Shown here: piece by piece, positions 10,791 to 24,589 of the stretch
Numbering within the stretch: position 1 is the first letter of the stretch
Layout of the letters: every line of letters begins with the position of its first letter
Origin: Zygnema circumcarinatum SAG 698-1b
Lineage: Eukaryota > Plantae > Zygnematophyceae
Direction: 5' to 3'
Assembly: GCA_037447605.1 (NCBI GenBank)
Contig: CM074809.1
Span: forward strand, 3,338,689 to 3,402,688
DNA length: 64,000 nucleotides
Program-made: the position numbers and the translations under genes
The notes under the pieces: model-generated
Told to the model about the DNA's origin: nothing
The model's input: only the letters and a program-made list of their open reading frames with translations
The model's database searches: none

Positions 10791-13700
10791 CTACCTTCTT
10801 GAGGCTAACAGCTTCAAGGCTAGAGCTTCCTGCTCTCTGAGAGAGAGAGAGGCTATGGGAACTTCCTTTCTACCACTCTTCAACCCCTCCGAACCACCAT
10901 CCTCATACGAACCGCCCTCATCATCATCGTCATCATCATCATCATCATGAATGGATGCTAACTGCGCCCCCATGGCATCCACCTGCTCCATATCTCCTGC
11001 CCGGACCTTCTCCTTCTTTTTCAGCTTCAGCCTCTTCTCCCTCAGCCGCTGCTTCTCAAGCAGCCGGTCATCACGATCGCGGTGCTTCATCTCCACTTGA
11101 AGCTTGCGATACCGTTCCGCCGCAGCCAAAGCTGCATGGAACCACAAGCACAAAGTGAATAACTCGGAAAACTTCATAAAAATAACAGAAATTTCTATAT
11201 TTTGTTTTCACCGTATTACAGGGGATTGTCACATTGTCATCCCCACTTTCAAAGTTTCACAAACCAATAGCACCAGCTTTCGTGGGACTGAAATTAGAAG
11301 TAACTCTCACCGATCGAAGGTTTCTGTGTGTTGTCCTGCTTGCCATCTCTCTCTCCCTCCCTCTCTGATGTCGCCAGAGCTGCGAAAGGAGGGAGTGCCC
11401 GCCCTTCATCGTCGAAGATAAGACGGTTGTTTCCAGCTTTCCCTGGGTCTATTTTTAGCTTCTTCTTCTTCTTCTTGGAAAGCGATAGACTGTCCCAACC
11501 ACAGACAAGAGTAACGAAGCTTTTTGTCAGAGTTCACACATACGGACTCTGTTCCCCGGCTTCAACAACAGAACCTGAATAGAATGATAAAAATAACTAA
11601 TGATGTAGAGAAAGGGCTCTCACCTCTTCACAAGTGGCAAAGCCTCATCACCCTCTCCATCCAGCTTATGATTCACGCGCTTCAGTCGAAGAAAGTCATC
11701 CTCAGAGTCCTCCTCCCCCCTCCCACTGGCCCCTCCCTCCCGCTCCCTCTCTCCCTCCTTCCCCTCATTCCCTTCCTCACCATTTGCTCTCAACTTTTCA
11801 TACGCACTGGAAAGCACATCCGCATTCTTCCTCGCAAACAATCGATCAATTTTGCTCTTCTTTTTCTTCTTCTCCTCTAGCGTTTTCCGCACTCCCAACT
11901 CCCCATGTTCGTCATCCTCTTCTCCATCATCCCCTTTTCTCTTCCTCTTACTCGTCTCCTTCTTCTCCACCTCCTTTTGCACTCTTTTAACGCCCCCATT
12001 CTCATCCCTGTGTAACGCCATCGTCCGCTTTGCGCCATCTGCTATCGCTATCTCTCTCCCCGTCCCCATCATCCCCGCCTCTCCCTCCTCTCTCTCCATC
12101 TCTTCTACTGCCTTGTCTACCCCCATCAACTCTCTCCACTTCTCCTTCGCCTCTCCAGCTTCTTCCTCAACCTCCTCTTCCCCTTCCGATGCTTCCTCCC
12201 CAACATCCATCTCCTCTGACATGTCCTCCTCTCCCTCCTCCTCACCCGTCTCATCCCCACTCTCGCTGCTCTCACTCTCTCCTCCCTTCTCCTCCCTCTC
12301 CATGTCATCCCCTTTTCCGTCTGCCAGGGCCTTAGCAGCTGCCTCTTCAGCCAGCTTCTTTTGCCCCTTCTTCAAAAACCGAATGCGAGGGGGGTTGGGA
12401 AGACCCAAAGAAGCCGCAAATTCCTCATGGGATAACTTTGTTACATCAAATATTTCCTTATTGCTCTGTTGAGTTTCCCCGCATGATCCCCAGCGTGGGC
12501 ATAGTCAGCAGAAGAAGAAAACGAGTAAAAAAGGGAGGCCCCATGTTCCTAAAAAGTGCCAAAAGGACATGGTATGTGTGGGAGGGGGGGGGTAGAGAGA
12601 GACTCCCACCTGCAGATGGATAGAGCGAAGGTACGTGACAAAGGCACGCTGCGCCATATGCTTCAGTTCCGGGTCTCGCGATAAAAGGCCGGCAAGAGCG
12701 GGAGCCATGTTTTGGAGCTTTGAAGGGTTTGCCTGAATCTCTCCAACAATGCAGAAACAATAAGAAAACAGTCTTCTAGAAATGCACTCAAAGGTTACAG
12801 TTAACAATTCGAAAGAGAGAGAGAGAAAAGGTGCTTGTGGAGTGCATTACACTGGACGAGCAATATAGCTGCATGCAATTTGGATGTAGGTGTAACCAGC
12901 AAAAACAAATATACACGATAGTTCTTCATCCGTAAACCAGCATCTTCGTATTCTTATGTTAAACAGTCGACTGACCTTTGTGAGCTTGAAGGGGATTTTT
13001 GCTGTTTCCAAAGCAGACAACATGGCCTCCTCTGATGGGTCCAGAAACAGAAGGGAACGTCCAGATGCATTGAATCTGGCAGTCCTCCCCACTCTGTGAA
13101 TGTATGAAGCCACGTCTTCAGGGCAATCTACCTGCATTCCTCACACAAATCGAGCTGTTAATACAGAACTGTGACTACTGTGACGAATCCACAAAACAAA
13201 GAGTAACAAATTTATAACGAACGATAAAAAAGATGAACGCATTCATGCACACGTATGCACACCTATGCACAGGGGAGAGAGAGAGAGAGCGCGCGCTCTC
13301 GCGAGAGAGAGAGAGAGTTGAGTTGAGTAGAGGGAGAAGGAAGACCCCTCACTTGCACTACCCAGTCCACAGTAGGGAAGTCGAGCCCCCTCGCTGCTAC
13401 ATCTGTTGCGAAGAGTACTGCTTGCTGTGCTTCGCAGAATTCGTAAAATACAGCCAATCGCTTCATCTGCTTCATCCGGCCGTGCAGACACTTCAAAGGC
13501 ACTCCCGGTCTCAGCCGCTTGAATGCTTCAAACATCAGCTTTGTCTGCATTCACACGAAGACCCGCTCCCACACACATTAGTGATTAAATTTTAAAAGAA
13601 TGAAAAATCCTCGGCCCCCAAAAAACTTCAATTTCAGACAAACAATGCTGTTTTTGGGTACTTCAGAGGGAGTATCTGCTTGGGTAAGAGTTCGAGGGAT

Positions 13701-15981
13701 GGTTACCTGCTTGCAGCTGGAGAGGAAAACGAGTGTTTTGGCCTGCAGATGCGTCTTCACAAAGCTCCATAGCGTGTCCACTTTCTGACTAAGAGGAACG
13801 AACATGACAGTCTGTTGTAACCTGCTCGGAGTGGCTGCCTTTGACTCTGCATGCACTGCGAGGTATTCGGGAGAGCGGAGACTCAGCCTGGCAAGGTCCT
13901 TCACTGACTTAGTCTGAGTGGCGGAGAAAAGGAGGGTCTGCCGGGTCTTCGGAAGGTTGGCAAGGATAGCATTCACTGCCTGAGAAAAACCTAAATCAAG
14001 AATTCTGTCGGCTTCGTCGAGAATAAGGATCTGCAAGTCAGTGGAGTCCGCTTGCTAGCAGTTAGGATATTGACAGTTTTCGTGGTTTAATGGAACAGAT
14101 TTAACGATGGAGGTGGAGAAGAAATGGAGGAAGAAAAGGGGCTTTCACCTGCAGTTGACTGCAGTCAAAATTCGGTGTCTCGTCCATATGTTGCAGGAGA
14201 CGTCCTGGAGTGCAAACGAGGATGTTGAGAGCGTAAACCCTCTCCTTCTCCATTTTCACATCCTTCTGGCCTCCAATAAGAAGGCCTCCACTTAGGCTGT
14301 GATGCTTTCCCACCTTCTTTAGTTCGTTGAAGATCTGAGTGGCGAGCTCTCGCGTTGGAGAGATGATGATGGCGCCCACTCCGTCCATGTTACTCCAACG
14401 GAGACGGTAAAGCTTCTCCAGCACCTGGAATGCTCCTCCTCTCACAAAATCATGGGTCCATCTCAAAAGAGGCACACATGTAGTTTCTCAATATGGAAGT
14501 CAGATGTTTTGAAACGTTTTCAAGGACGAAATTATGACAGTTTACAGTTTACTAGACGCGTAGAATTGTAAGATATAGAGAAGCCATCAAGAATGCGTGA
14601 AAGAGAGAATATAAAACGTAACTTGAAACAAACTCGGATTGAATAGTTTGGACCTCTCGTGATTGGGGGTCAGGCCTGCTTGATGAAGATGGTCAGGAAA
14701 GGTGAGGTGCACACGGAATTCAATACTTGTCTAACTATTCACTAGTGCATCTTACCGGTATCACAAACGCTAAAGTTTTTCCCGATCCCGTCTTTGCAGC
14801 TCCGAGCACATCCCGACCGCAGAGAGCGTGCGGGAGCGAGGCCCGTTGAATGGCAGTCATCGTCACAAATTTAGCGTCCTGCAGCGACAAATGCAATCGA
14901 CTTTCAAGAACACTAGAACCAATCCCTGGTGAGATACTTCATAATAATAATACTCCATAAGAACGAAAGCATTTTGCTGCCCCTGTTTGGATATTCAACG
15001 GAGGAGGGGAAATGAGTGAATGAGGCGGTAAAGTTGCCCCAAGCTCGACAAAATTTGCATACCGCTTCGAAAGGACTAAAAAAAAGAAAATTCCCCGGAT
15101 CTGTTTTATTTTCTGTTTGAAGAAAAAATTGAACACTTCACTAAACAAGACCGAACTTTACAACTTGTCTCCTTTCACTCCTGGTTCTCCTGGCCAGTCT
15201 CAAATCTTTCGGTGTCCACATTGCATTAAACGCCGTAAACCTCAATAATACAAAGATGAACAAACCATGTACATGGACATTCAACATACGTCATGTGGAC
15301 ATCCCGCGTGCCCAAACGTGTATATTTGTTCCATTGAGCATGGCCCTTCTTAGAAAAGGCAGAGATGACTGAAGACCAATGCAGAGAAGCAGTGTCAAGC
15401 ATGTGCCTTGTACAGGGAGAAGAAGATAGCGTTGAAATCCTTTTTTTTCTCAGGTTTCCTCAAATCGCAAGAACAGTACAGAAAGACTCGCTTTGTAGCA
15501 ATTCCGGATTAATGAATAATTTACAAGTTTATTGTCTTCCAATTACTCCTTTTGTGTAAGCTTCTTCACGTCAGTGAACGGGGAATTATGATACACAACT
15601 CTCCGCTTGATTGCCAAACTTAAGAAAATACACGAATTCACGAGAAATTCTATTTTTCACGCAGAAATTCCCTTCATTTACATTCAAAGGAGAGCAATCA
15701 CTTACCGCCAGCCCCCGTTGAGTTCTGCCTGAAAGCGGAAGGTGCGAAAAGCGCTTAGCGCCTGCATAGGGCTTCATCTCCTCGCCGACACCCTCCTGCT
15801 TGCTGCTGCCTTTCTTCTTCTCCACACTTTGAACCTCTGGAAGCTCCATTGCGAGAGGATTGCTTCCCGGAGGTGGTGCTCCAGCAGCTATGATAGCCTC
15901 CAGCTGCTCAATCTCTGCAGCTTCCTCCAGCCGGCCATGGCCGGGACGGCGCTTTGCCTGCCCTCTGGACGGACCCGCCAT
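10791..15981 (-). CDS. DDX10: DEAD-box RNA helicase DDX10/Dbp4 (multi-exon)
   Basis: [63 protein letters not shown], and an acidic/basic C-terminal tail. Confidence 0.95.
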
Positions 15982-16646
15982 GGCGGCGCTCCTGCCGCTC
16001 CTGAGAGGCGCCAGCGCTCCTCCCTCCCTCCCTCCCTCCCTCCTCCCCTCCCTCCTCCCCTCCCTCCTCTGTCTCTCCCTCCTCCCTCCTTCCCCCCTCC
16101 TCCCCTCCTCCCCTCTCCCCTCTCCCCTCTCCCCTCTCCCCTCTCCCCTCTCCCCTTCTCCCTTCCTCCCCTCCCTCTCTCCTGCAAAGAGGGAGAAATT
16201 AGGGTTTGCAGGCGCCTTGGGGCCCTCTCCTTGGTCGACCATCTTCCAATAAGGGCATGCCACGTGTACAACGTTGCACACGTGGCACATAGCATTGGAT
16301 GCGTCGCGCCGTGAAAAAGGAGACTTGCAGGAGTTTCACAGTGCCAGTTCCATGTGACAACTGTGAACGCTGAGGTGGATGGGATGCAAGATCAACAGTG
16401 GAATGCTCCACATTTTCAGTTCAACCTGGTTTGCGGCGAGTAGATCTCGTCCACTATTGGCAGACATATGGACGTGTGAATTCGATAGTCAGGCCCAAAA
16501 GAAGTGGATCTGACTGGGTGGATCTGTGGATCCGCCTTTCGTTTGCCCTAATCTGCAGAGCAGGCCAGCCCTAATTTGGAGCGGCCTTGGTTTGTACCGC
16601 TCCAGGTGCAGGGAGAGAGAGAGAGGTCTGGCGAGAGCAAGCAGCC

Positions 16647-16901
16647 ATGGCGGGCGGCAAGAAGGAGATGATCGCGACGCAGGAGGAGATGGAGGCGGCC
16701 AAGCTGCCGCTGGGAGCGAGAGATTACTGCGCGCATCTGCTGATCCCGCTGAACAAGTGCCGGCAAGAGACGTTTTATCTGCCATGGAAGTGCAATGATC
16801 TGCGGCATTCGTACGAGAAGTGTGAGTATGAGCTATTTTTGGAGCGTGTGAAGAAGATGGAAGTGCTCCGGGAGCAGAAGCGCGCGGCGGCCTCACAATG
16901 A
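16647..16901 (+). CDS. NDUFB7: NADH dehydrogenase 1 beta subcomplex subunit 7 (intronless CDS)
   Basis: MIATQEEM..AKLPLGARDYCAHLLIPLNKCR...LPWKC..RHSYEKCEYE, with the twin CX9C pattern. Confidence 0.95.
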   Translation: MAGGKKEMIATQEEMEAAKLPLGARDYCAHLLIPLNKCRQETFYLPWKCNDLRHSYEKCEYELFLERVKKMEVLREQKRAAASQ

Positions 16902-18609
16902 GGGAGATGGAGGACGGAGTTAGGGTAAACAACAGTGCTATTCCTACTTTGTTCTGTTCACTTCAAGTTGTTATTTCTAGAAATTTTATAGCAAATTTAT
17001 TTATTTTTGGTGGAAAAGGTTGATTGTTATGGAACGCATCAGCTCTCTGTGTGTCAGCGGTGGCAGACGGCGACGATGAAACCTGTTGACTTTTGTAATG
17101 CCGTAGTTCCTTCAGAAAAAACAAGAACATCAAAATGAATAGACTCAATGATAAGGGAATCCATCGTTACCGCTGCCTTCCTCGGAGCAATGCATCATGT
17201 CATGCAAACATCAGCGCCGTACTTTAAGTCTTACCCTAAATATCCTTTAAAAATAAGCTAGTGCCATGTTGAGAAGTTTTCTCTATAGAAGAGCTCCATT
17301 AAAGAGAAAAAAGGGATGTCACCTTTCTTCCGAGGAAACAACAACTTCAGTACATTCTCTCAAAAGTTCTGACTAAAAGCTACTCTCCCGCTCCTTGTGA
17401 AGACTGCAAGTCTTTTTCGCGTGTCAAATCTTGAACAGAGTTCGAGTGCAGTCGGTAATGAAGATTCAAAACTGTGCACTCGAGTTGATTGGAATCTCTG
17501 TTTTTATGTGTTGTGCAGGAGGTTTTGGGCAAGAAAAGGCGTTTGCTAATCTCTGGTGCCCGTCGATTGATCTGAATCATCCAAGCAGATGACGTAGATG
17601 AATATGTTTCTTTCTTCAAACCCACAGAACCTTTCTGGAGAGATGCTCGCGTAAGCGAGTAAAAGCATTTCTGAGTAGAATTATGCAGCTGTCAGTGTGC
17701 AGAACAGATTAGGGATATCTGCGTAAATCGAACCTGTGATAGGGTGAAGTTTTAACTGTACCTTTATGGAATGAATGTGCCGTCTTTACTGGTGGTCTGT
17801 CATAGAGCGCTGAAGTTTGGCTCAATGAAAGAAGCATGCAACCTTCTCCTGCTTGTTTCCCTTCTGGGCGCTTAAAAATAGCTCGCGGCGCAGCTAGTGT
17901 GCTCGTTTGATGTGCACACATGTGCTTCTGTTTTATTAGGCTTTGTTCTTAAGCGTATTGCTCCTCTATGACTCCTCTTCTGCTCAAGTTGATCTCAGTT
18001 TCTGTACCCGGTGCCAACTTCATACCAGTCAGTGGTGCTATTTGATTCACCTGAAGTCAAACACTGGAAAGTAAACAAGGTCTGTCAACAGGCGACAGTG
18101 AGGGCCTTGAAAACTTTCATCATGTGATCATTTGGTGGGAAGAATGTTGCCGGATGTAGCATGAAGGTGGGAGGGAGCCATCCACGCAATCCTGTCAGTA
18201 AACAAAGTGATGTTCTTCACAGCATACGGTCATTGCGTTCGCTCGAAGTTCCACGCATCTGCTTGACACAATCCAAGTGTTGTACTTGAAATCTTCAGGT
18301 CTCCAATGCCAAGCTTTAGGGACTTCTTTTTAATGGAAGGAAAGAAAATGAAGTTAACTACTGTTCAGTTTGCTACTAAAGATCTCTCCCTCTCCTCTAA
18401 TGCACACATCAAGACGGCCACTCGACGTGATAGTGGCCATTACTCGTTTCTCAAACTGCAGAACTGCCTCCCCATAACGACATGCGTACCGTGCCCTGAC
18501 TCACTGCCTTCCTTTGGTTCATAGGCGTCATTTCCGACCGGCCAACACTGGTCCTACCTATTGTCGTTGTCCCCTCACACTTGGCGACCTCCCCATGGTC
18601 AAACCAATA

Positions 18610-18766
18610 GGGGGTGTCAGACTTAAAAAATTTCAGTACGCGTGTTCGTAAGTTTGACATCAGAACGAGTACTCCAGTATAATCGCAATCCTCCTGCGGC
18701 GGAGTACTTTCGTAACCTTTTTTTTCGTAACGCTTTTCGTAAGATTTTGTTAAGTCTGACACCCCC
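18610..18766. mobile_element. MITE (157 bp) with 17-bp terminal inverted repeats
   Basis: GGGGGTGTCAGACTTAA ... TTAAGTCTGACACCCCC, flanked by TA. Alternatively 18-bp TIRs with an AAT duplication. Confidence 0.85.
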
Positions 18767-19682
18767 TAATGCCAACTAATTTTCCCTTCTTCCTTTTCTG
18801 CCCCGGGCCACAATGCACAAAGGCAGGCCCCAACAAATGCTATCCATCCATCCAGCCGTTAAAGTCCACCATTCGACTTTCCAAGGGAGTGCGCGCACCC
18901 ACGTCCACAGATCCGTACAGAACCGGTTCGAGATCCACTGCTGCCGTACGGAGGAGGTTCTCAAACGTCGCGAGAGAGAACCGCAGAGGCTCTATGCGAG
19001 ACCCGTTCCGCGACATAGAACGGCGCGTCGTTAAACTGTAACGGACGTTGCAAAAAGAATCTTGAAAAGATGAAAGTCGCCAAAGTCCTGAAGTTGCGGC
19101 AACTGGATAACGGCCGTCCAGGGGAACAGGGCAACCAAACACAGAATCCGTACCTTGCATCTGACGTCCCCACGCTCGTCCCGTCTAAACTTCGTACGGG
19201 GGAGACGATTTGCTATTCTGCAAGGTACTGTTTCTTTCCTGCCAGTGTCCGGCGGTTTCCTGGCGAAGGAAGTTGCAAGGGAAGGCCCGCCCGCTTCAAG
19301 AGGAGGAGAGCCTTTCTTTGGCAGCCATGGCGGCGTGAGGGGCAGCTTGGAGCCGGATTCGGCTCAGGAAGGAGGCGCATTGACGTCGAAGAGGGATTCT
19401 CTTGGTTTTCCTGGTGGTCTGTTCACTCTTTGAAGCGGGCCTTTGAGGGTGGCGCTCGCTCTCTCGGCCTCTCGCTCTAGTTTTCGGCCGGGAGACGATG
19501 CACGTCTGGTTTTCTGAGGAAATTGCATGCTTCTTTGAAACAGAGATAGGACTTTTTTTTCTGTAGGGCTTTGTGGGAGGAACAGGGGGAGGAGGATCGA
19601 AGAGGTGGCTGCTTTGGAGTGAGCAGACAGGGAAGTTGCAGAGGAGGAAGTGAGGAAAGGAAGGTTATAAGTGAATACAAGC

Positions 19683-22069
19683 ATGGCGCTGACTTCTCTA
19701 CCGAGATCTGATTCAGAAATTCGGCGCAGTCTTTCCAGTATACCAGAGGCGGAAAACGAGGATGAGTATGGCAATGTTCTGAGTCGTAGGTATCAACGTG
19801 GCGATAGAAAACACGTTCGTTTTTTCGAAGTAAACTCCAAAGGCGAGAGAGTGTACAGTTCACCAAGACAAACAAACGACAGATTTTCTGAACCAGAGGA
19901 GTGTAGCTTGACGCGCCAGTCTACCATAAGCCGAACTACAGCTTCCTATGATGAGCAAGAGGCGGAACAACATCTATATAATCAACATCACGGGATTTCT
20001 CTCTCAATTTCTCCTCCACCCAAGCCGCCAGGAGAGCAGAGATTTCCCGCCCGACAGCTAACATCCATCTTTCAGTCATCTCCGCAAAACTCAAGTCCCG
20101 AAACGACCCCTGCAAGAAACGTGCATGCCGAGGGAGGAATGAAATCTCCAGTGGCGCAGTCAGAGGGATGGTACACTCTGGAGTTCGGAACAGCAGGAAC
20201 GCAAACATTCCGCATGCTTTTCCTCGATGAACGGGGCAAAGAGGTGTCGCCTTGGCATGACATTCCCTTGTATTCTACAGATGGTTGCCTCAATTTTGTG
20301 TGCAAAACTCCAAGATTTTCGTGGGCAGAGTATGAACCAGCGCGAGCAGAGCCTTCTACTCCTCTCAAGCTGAAGACGAGACGTGGAGCTCCTTTGCACT
20401 ATGCTCAAAATGCACCATGGAATCTGGGTATGCTGCCACGAACTTGGGCGGATCCGGAATTAAAAAATGAGTGCTATGGAGGGCTTTCTTATAGAAGTGG
20501 GCCAATAGAAGTGGTGGAAGTTGGGTCGAAGATAGCTTGGACCGGAGACGTTTACTCTGTGAAGGCCCTTGCAGCATTTGCAATGGTTGATCCCTCAGCC
20601 CGCCTATCTTGGATAGTTATCGCTATTGATGCGAGAGATCCATTGGCTAAAGTTTTGGAAACAGCAGGTGATGTGGAGAAGAAGCTAGGCACAACATTGC
20701 GAGAAGTTCGAGAATGGTTGCGGACCTGCCGCTGCGTCCAAGAAGGTAGGACTTCTCTTCTTATTATAGATAAAGCTTTTCTTGCAACTATTTCTTTTTG
20801 AATGGTAGTCACAGGAAGCTGCATTCTGGATACCGTTTGTGCCGTCCAGAAGGAGGAGAACTCTGTGTTTTTGTGGAAAGTTTTTTCATACTAGCATTCG
20901 TCCTAAAATTATGCACCCAATTCTACCTCTTCTACGCAGGTGATCGTAAGAATGTCTTTGGATTGAACGAACGTGCTGTTGGACAACTCACAGTTGCAAG
21001 AATGGTTGCTGAGACACATGCCAGCTGGCAGCTCTTCATAGACAACAACTCGCCAAAGAAAGCATCCGACTTGCCACTCGTCAGGCCTGCAAATCCGGCC
21101 ACTTATGAAAGCTATTGGTCGATGTACCATTACCCTGACTTCCTGAGCCCCGTACAGATCGAGCTTTGTGATCCAAGCCAAGAGCTTCTCAGGTCGGTAA
21201 CGGACTGCTCGGTTGTTTCCTCCGAATCCAGTGAAGCTGAGGGGTTTTGGTCCTCTGAAAGCTCGGAAGAGCTTGTTATGAGCAGAGGCATGGCGACTCG
21301 TGAACAGCAATTACAAGCGCAGCATTTGCGGGCTCAGAATGCACAGGACATGCAGCGATTCTATGCTTCATCAAATCTGTTTCCCCCGCAGCACAACGAG
21401 CAGAATTTCCCTATGAGACTTCCGGAACCACCAAATTACAGGCAAGGTGTCATGCCGGAATTGCGGCAGCATTCATCTAGAGTCAACCATCTGACAGCAG
21501 TGCCCTCTAGTCTGCAAAATTCTCAACTTCAGTCACAGAATACAGCAGCCGGCCGCTCCACAGCTTTCTCATACGATAGATATGCTCACGATAACAGGGA
21601 ATTTGCTCAGTTTTACGAAGAGCCATCGCGGAGTCCTGTCGCTGCAGCACCTTCACCTACTGGAAGAACCCGCTCAGATGTGTATGTGGCGGCTTCTGCC
21701 TCAAAAATGCATCGAACGACTCCTGGTAGTCAGTCATGGGATGGTCAGGAAGGTCAATGGCAATCCCCTCGATTGGCTGCTCGGACGACTCAATGGAGCC
21801 CTAGATGCGGAAGGGAAGAGGCGGAGTTACCCCATAAAGGAGGGACTTTTCCTCCCTATGCACATAGAAGCTATGGAGATTCTCCGGGTCACGAGGGGTT
21901 GAAATCGCCTAGGGGCCACATATTGGAGGAGTTGCCACCCAGTTTTGACAAGATTGCCTTCCAATTGGATAAGACTGAGGAGATGCACGCTCGCTTTAAC
22001 TCTCGGCTTGCAGCAACAAAGGTTTTGTTGGAACGGTTGAGGCTGCATGCCGAGTCTGACGGGAGCTGA
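19683..22069 (+). CDS. Family I (plastid-type) inorganic pyrophosphatase-like protein, predicted inactive, with long disordered termini (intron 20746-20939)
   Basis: GKEVSPWHDIPL, WNLGMLPRTWADP, VKALAAFAMVD, VFGLNERA and ETHASW match the PPase fold. The DxDxxD motif is replaced by RSGPIE. Confidence 0.85.
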
Positions 22070-22817
22070 GTTTTCGGCTGCTGGAGATTATGTGGAAAGG
22101 CCAAAGACGAATTGACCGTTGAAGCTGGAGAAAGAGGGAGCTCTCTTTTACTGGTTCTTGTACTGTAAACTCGTTAAAACTGTGGAAGTTTTGAACTATG
22201 GGCTGGGAATGCCAGGAATCTCTCCTGTGCAGTTCATACGTCCTCTTTGCAGGTCCGTTCAAAGCATAGCTTAATATTGACTGGAGGTCGAGTAGCCTTT
22301 GGAATTAGTCCCCTGCAGGTATATTCATTGTCGACAGACTAGCTCCTTCTTTTGTTGTGATCACTTAATATGCTCCAGTCTGCTCCTTCCGGAACACTCC
22401 TTATTACTTGTATTTTAGGCAGATCACGCTTATTAGAGATATTCTTATTCGTTAATTTCTTATTCGTTGTTTTCTTATTCGTTGTTATAGACAGGGATAA
22501 TGCTTCGTGGCAGGCTGCGCTCCTCATCGCTTGAGGGGGGAAGCTGCCTTTGTACTCATTCATGTGGTTAGGTTCAGATAGGGCAAGGGATTAATCACAA
22601 CGGCTTCTTCATTTCACCTTTTCAGTTCACATCTGCCCTCTTGTAACACCTTGAGAATGGAAGCTTCATGCTTGGCAGTATGCTGTGTGTGACAGGGAGA
22701 AGAAAGGGGGGGAGGTATTTGCTTCAATTTTTTTCTTCATAGGGAGAGTATAATAAAACACATGGAACAGTGCAGACAGAAGGGGAGGGGAGACAGGCAG
22801 AGGGAGAGGGAGATTCT

Positions 22818-24589
22818 TCAGCCACGAATGCGCAAACAGAAGCCAGAACCCACATCAAGCAAAGAAATAACAGTCTTTTGTGAAAAACCCCTCACTTTCA
22901 GCCACATGTTAGATAATAAAGAAGCACAGAAGCCACTCCCATCACTTTGAATTATCTGATGGAAAAAAGTGAAGTACCACAAGAGGTCATCAAAGCAGTG
23001 GCACTTGTCTCTCCCTCCATGCTCAGCGACATGCCATTCCTGGCACAATATTCGAATTGCTTCTATGGTTGAGAGAGCGCTCTCAATGACCCCCTTTGTG
23101 TGGTACCGCCAATAGGACGTCTGAACCCCGTCGTCCAACCGGACGTGCTGAACCCCTTGAAGCTCGGGAAGGGATAAAATCCGAGCAGTTCCTTTCCACT
23201 GCAAACAACCAGCCCAAGTTTGATTCAAATTAGAAGTAGAATTCCTGGAGTCCTTAGGCTCTAGAGAACTAATGTAAGCATGTGAACCGTATGCATGGCC
23301 CCTCGACATTGTATTCGTAAACTTCAGTCGTTTGTAGTCTTGAAGCTAGAAATGGATGCCCTCGGTTGACCGCTTACCTTGGACTCCACCACAACCACTC
23401 GGCGAATTTTTTCAATATCGATAGATTGAACGGGAACGGATGACTGGGAGGGAAAGAGGAGGAGAGTGCTGGAGGGGTCAAAGGAAGGCAGGGCGTCCGT
23501 TAACGCATGGATTCGGACTGAATTTGGAGCAAGCAGGGCAGCATGGATGCCTGTGCTCATGCTGCGCCGCTCATTAGGATGCAAAATGATGTCCACTTCA
23601 AATGGAAGAGTCAACTGAGGAGTTTCATTCAAAGGAGTAAGAACCTGCAGCCAGGATAACACTTGGCAAGTTTCAGACGATTTTCCAGACTTACAGCGAA
23701 GAGTAGATGGTGGAGACCTGAGTACTCTGGCTGATCCCTACTTTAACTTCACACCTTCTTCTAACAGAAATAAAAAAAAGAGAATCTGCTAGAGCAAGTA
23801 TTAATCTTGCTCCGAGGGTTTTCGGGTAAACAACTATTAAAAAACCGAAACCGGGATTGGTCCTATCTTCCGAAGCGCTTTTGCATCAATTGATGCCATG
23901 CTTACAGAAAGGATTAAATGCACACTTGTTGCATGTCGCAGCAATCCTTTTTGCTAGTTGTCGTAAATGAGTAGATGCTACGGCAACCACTAAACAGGAG
24001 TATTTGTGACGCCTAGTAGGGGGGACTGAAAGTGAAACAAAGCTGAAACCTTGCTATTGATGAATAAAAAGAAAACGCAAAGAAAAAATCGAACAAAGTG
24101 TTTCACGAAACCACTGCGACTTGGCTGCATCGTGATTGAAAAGCATGCGCTAAGCAAGGGTTCCTTCCTATCAACTAGCTCCCTTACTCCCAGAAAAGAA
24201 AACCCTTTCGACCCTTCTAATTTTCCTTTCTATCAAAAAAGTAGACGATCTCCCTCGCACCCCTTCCCTCCCTTCCCCTTCACCTGCAGGCAGTCGTAAC
24301 AGAAGTAATGCCGCGACTTCGTGCACAATGGACAGCCAGTGCGGCCGGAGAGCGCTTCTAAGGAAGATTGAGAGGAGAGAATTAGGTCAGAGGGGAGAGA
24401 AGGGAGCGCCCAAGAGGGCGCCCTCCAGGCGATGCAGAGGCGGCCGTCCTCCGTCCTCGTGCGCGTGTTCTTGGGCGCGTGCTGCCCCGTGTAGCTCTCC
24501 GCGCTGAACAGGCTCTGCGCCTCCTCCATGGCGAACAGAGCCAGCGGGTCCCCTTCCAGGGAAAGCGAAGCTAACGCTAGCTCCGCCAT
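22818..24589 (-). CDS. DTW-domain protein, DTWD1-like tRNA aminocarboxypropyltransferase (at least 3 exons; 3' end uncertain)
   Basis: CPLCTKSRHYFCYDC, DIILHPNERRSMSTGIHA, LLLFPS, VVVESK/W, TSYWRY and LSTIEAI. Confidence 0.8.

Noticed and set aside
11524-12472. Plus-strand Ser/Pro-rich ORFs
   Set aside because: Antisense shadows of the acidic DDX10 exon. The same applies at 46898-47424 and 59361-59876.
17240-17248. Second ATATCCTTT U12-like donor
   Set aside because: No coding exon upstream and no U12 branch point found. A 9-mer match is expected by chance in 64 kb.
16950-18600. Hidden gene, snoRNA or tRNA downstream of NDUFB7
   Set aside because: No convincing ORF, C/D box pair with terminal stem, or cloverleaf was seen.
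18840-19160. Harbinger-like transposase fragment next to the MITE
   Set aside because: Only a vague resemblance, with no catalytic motifs.
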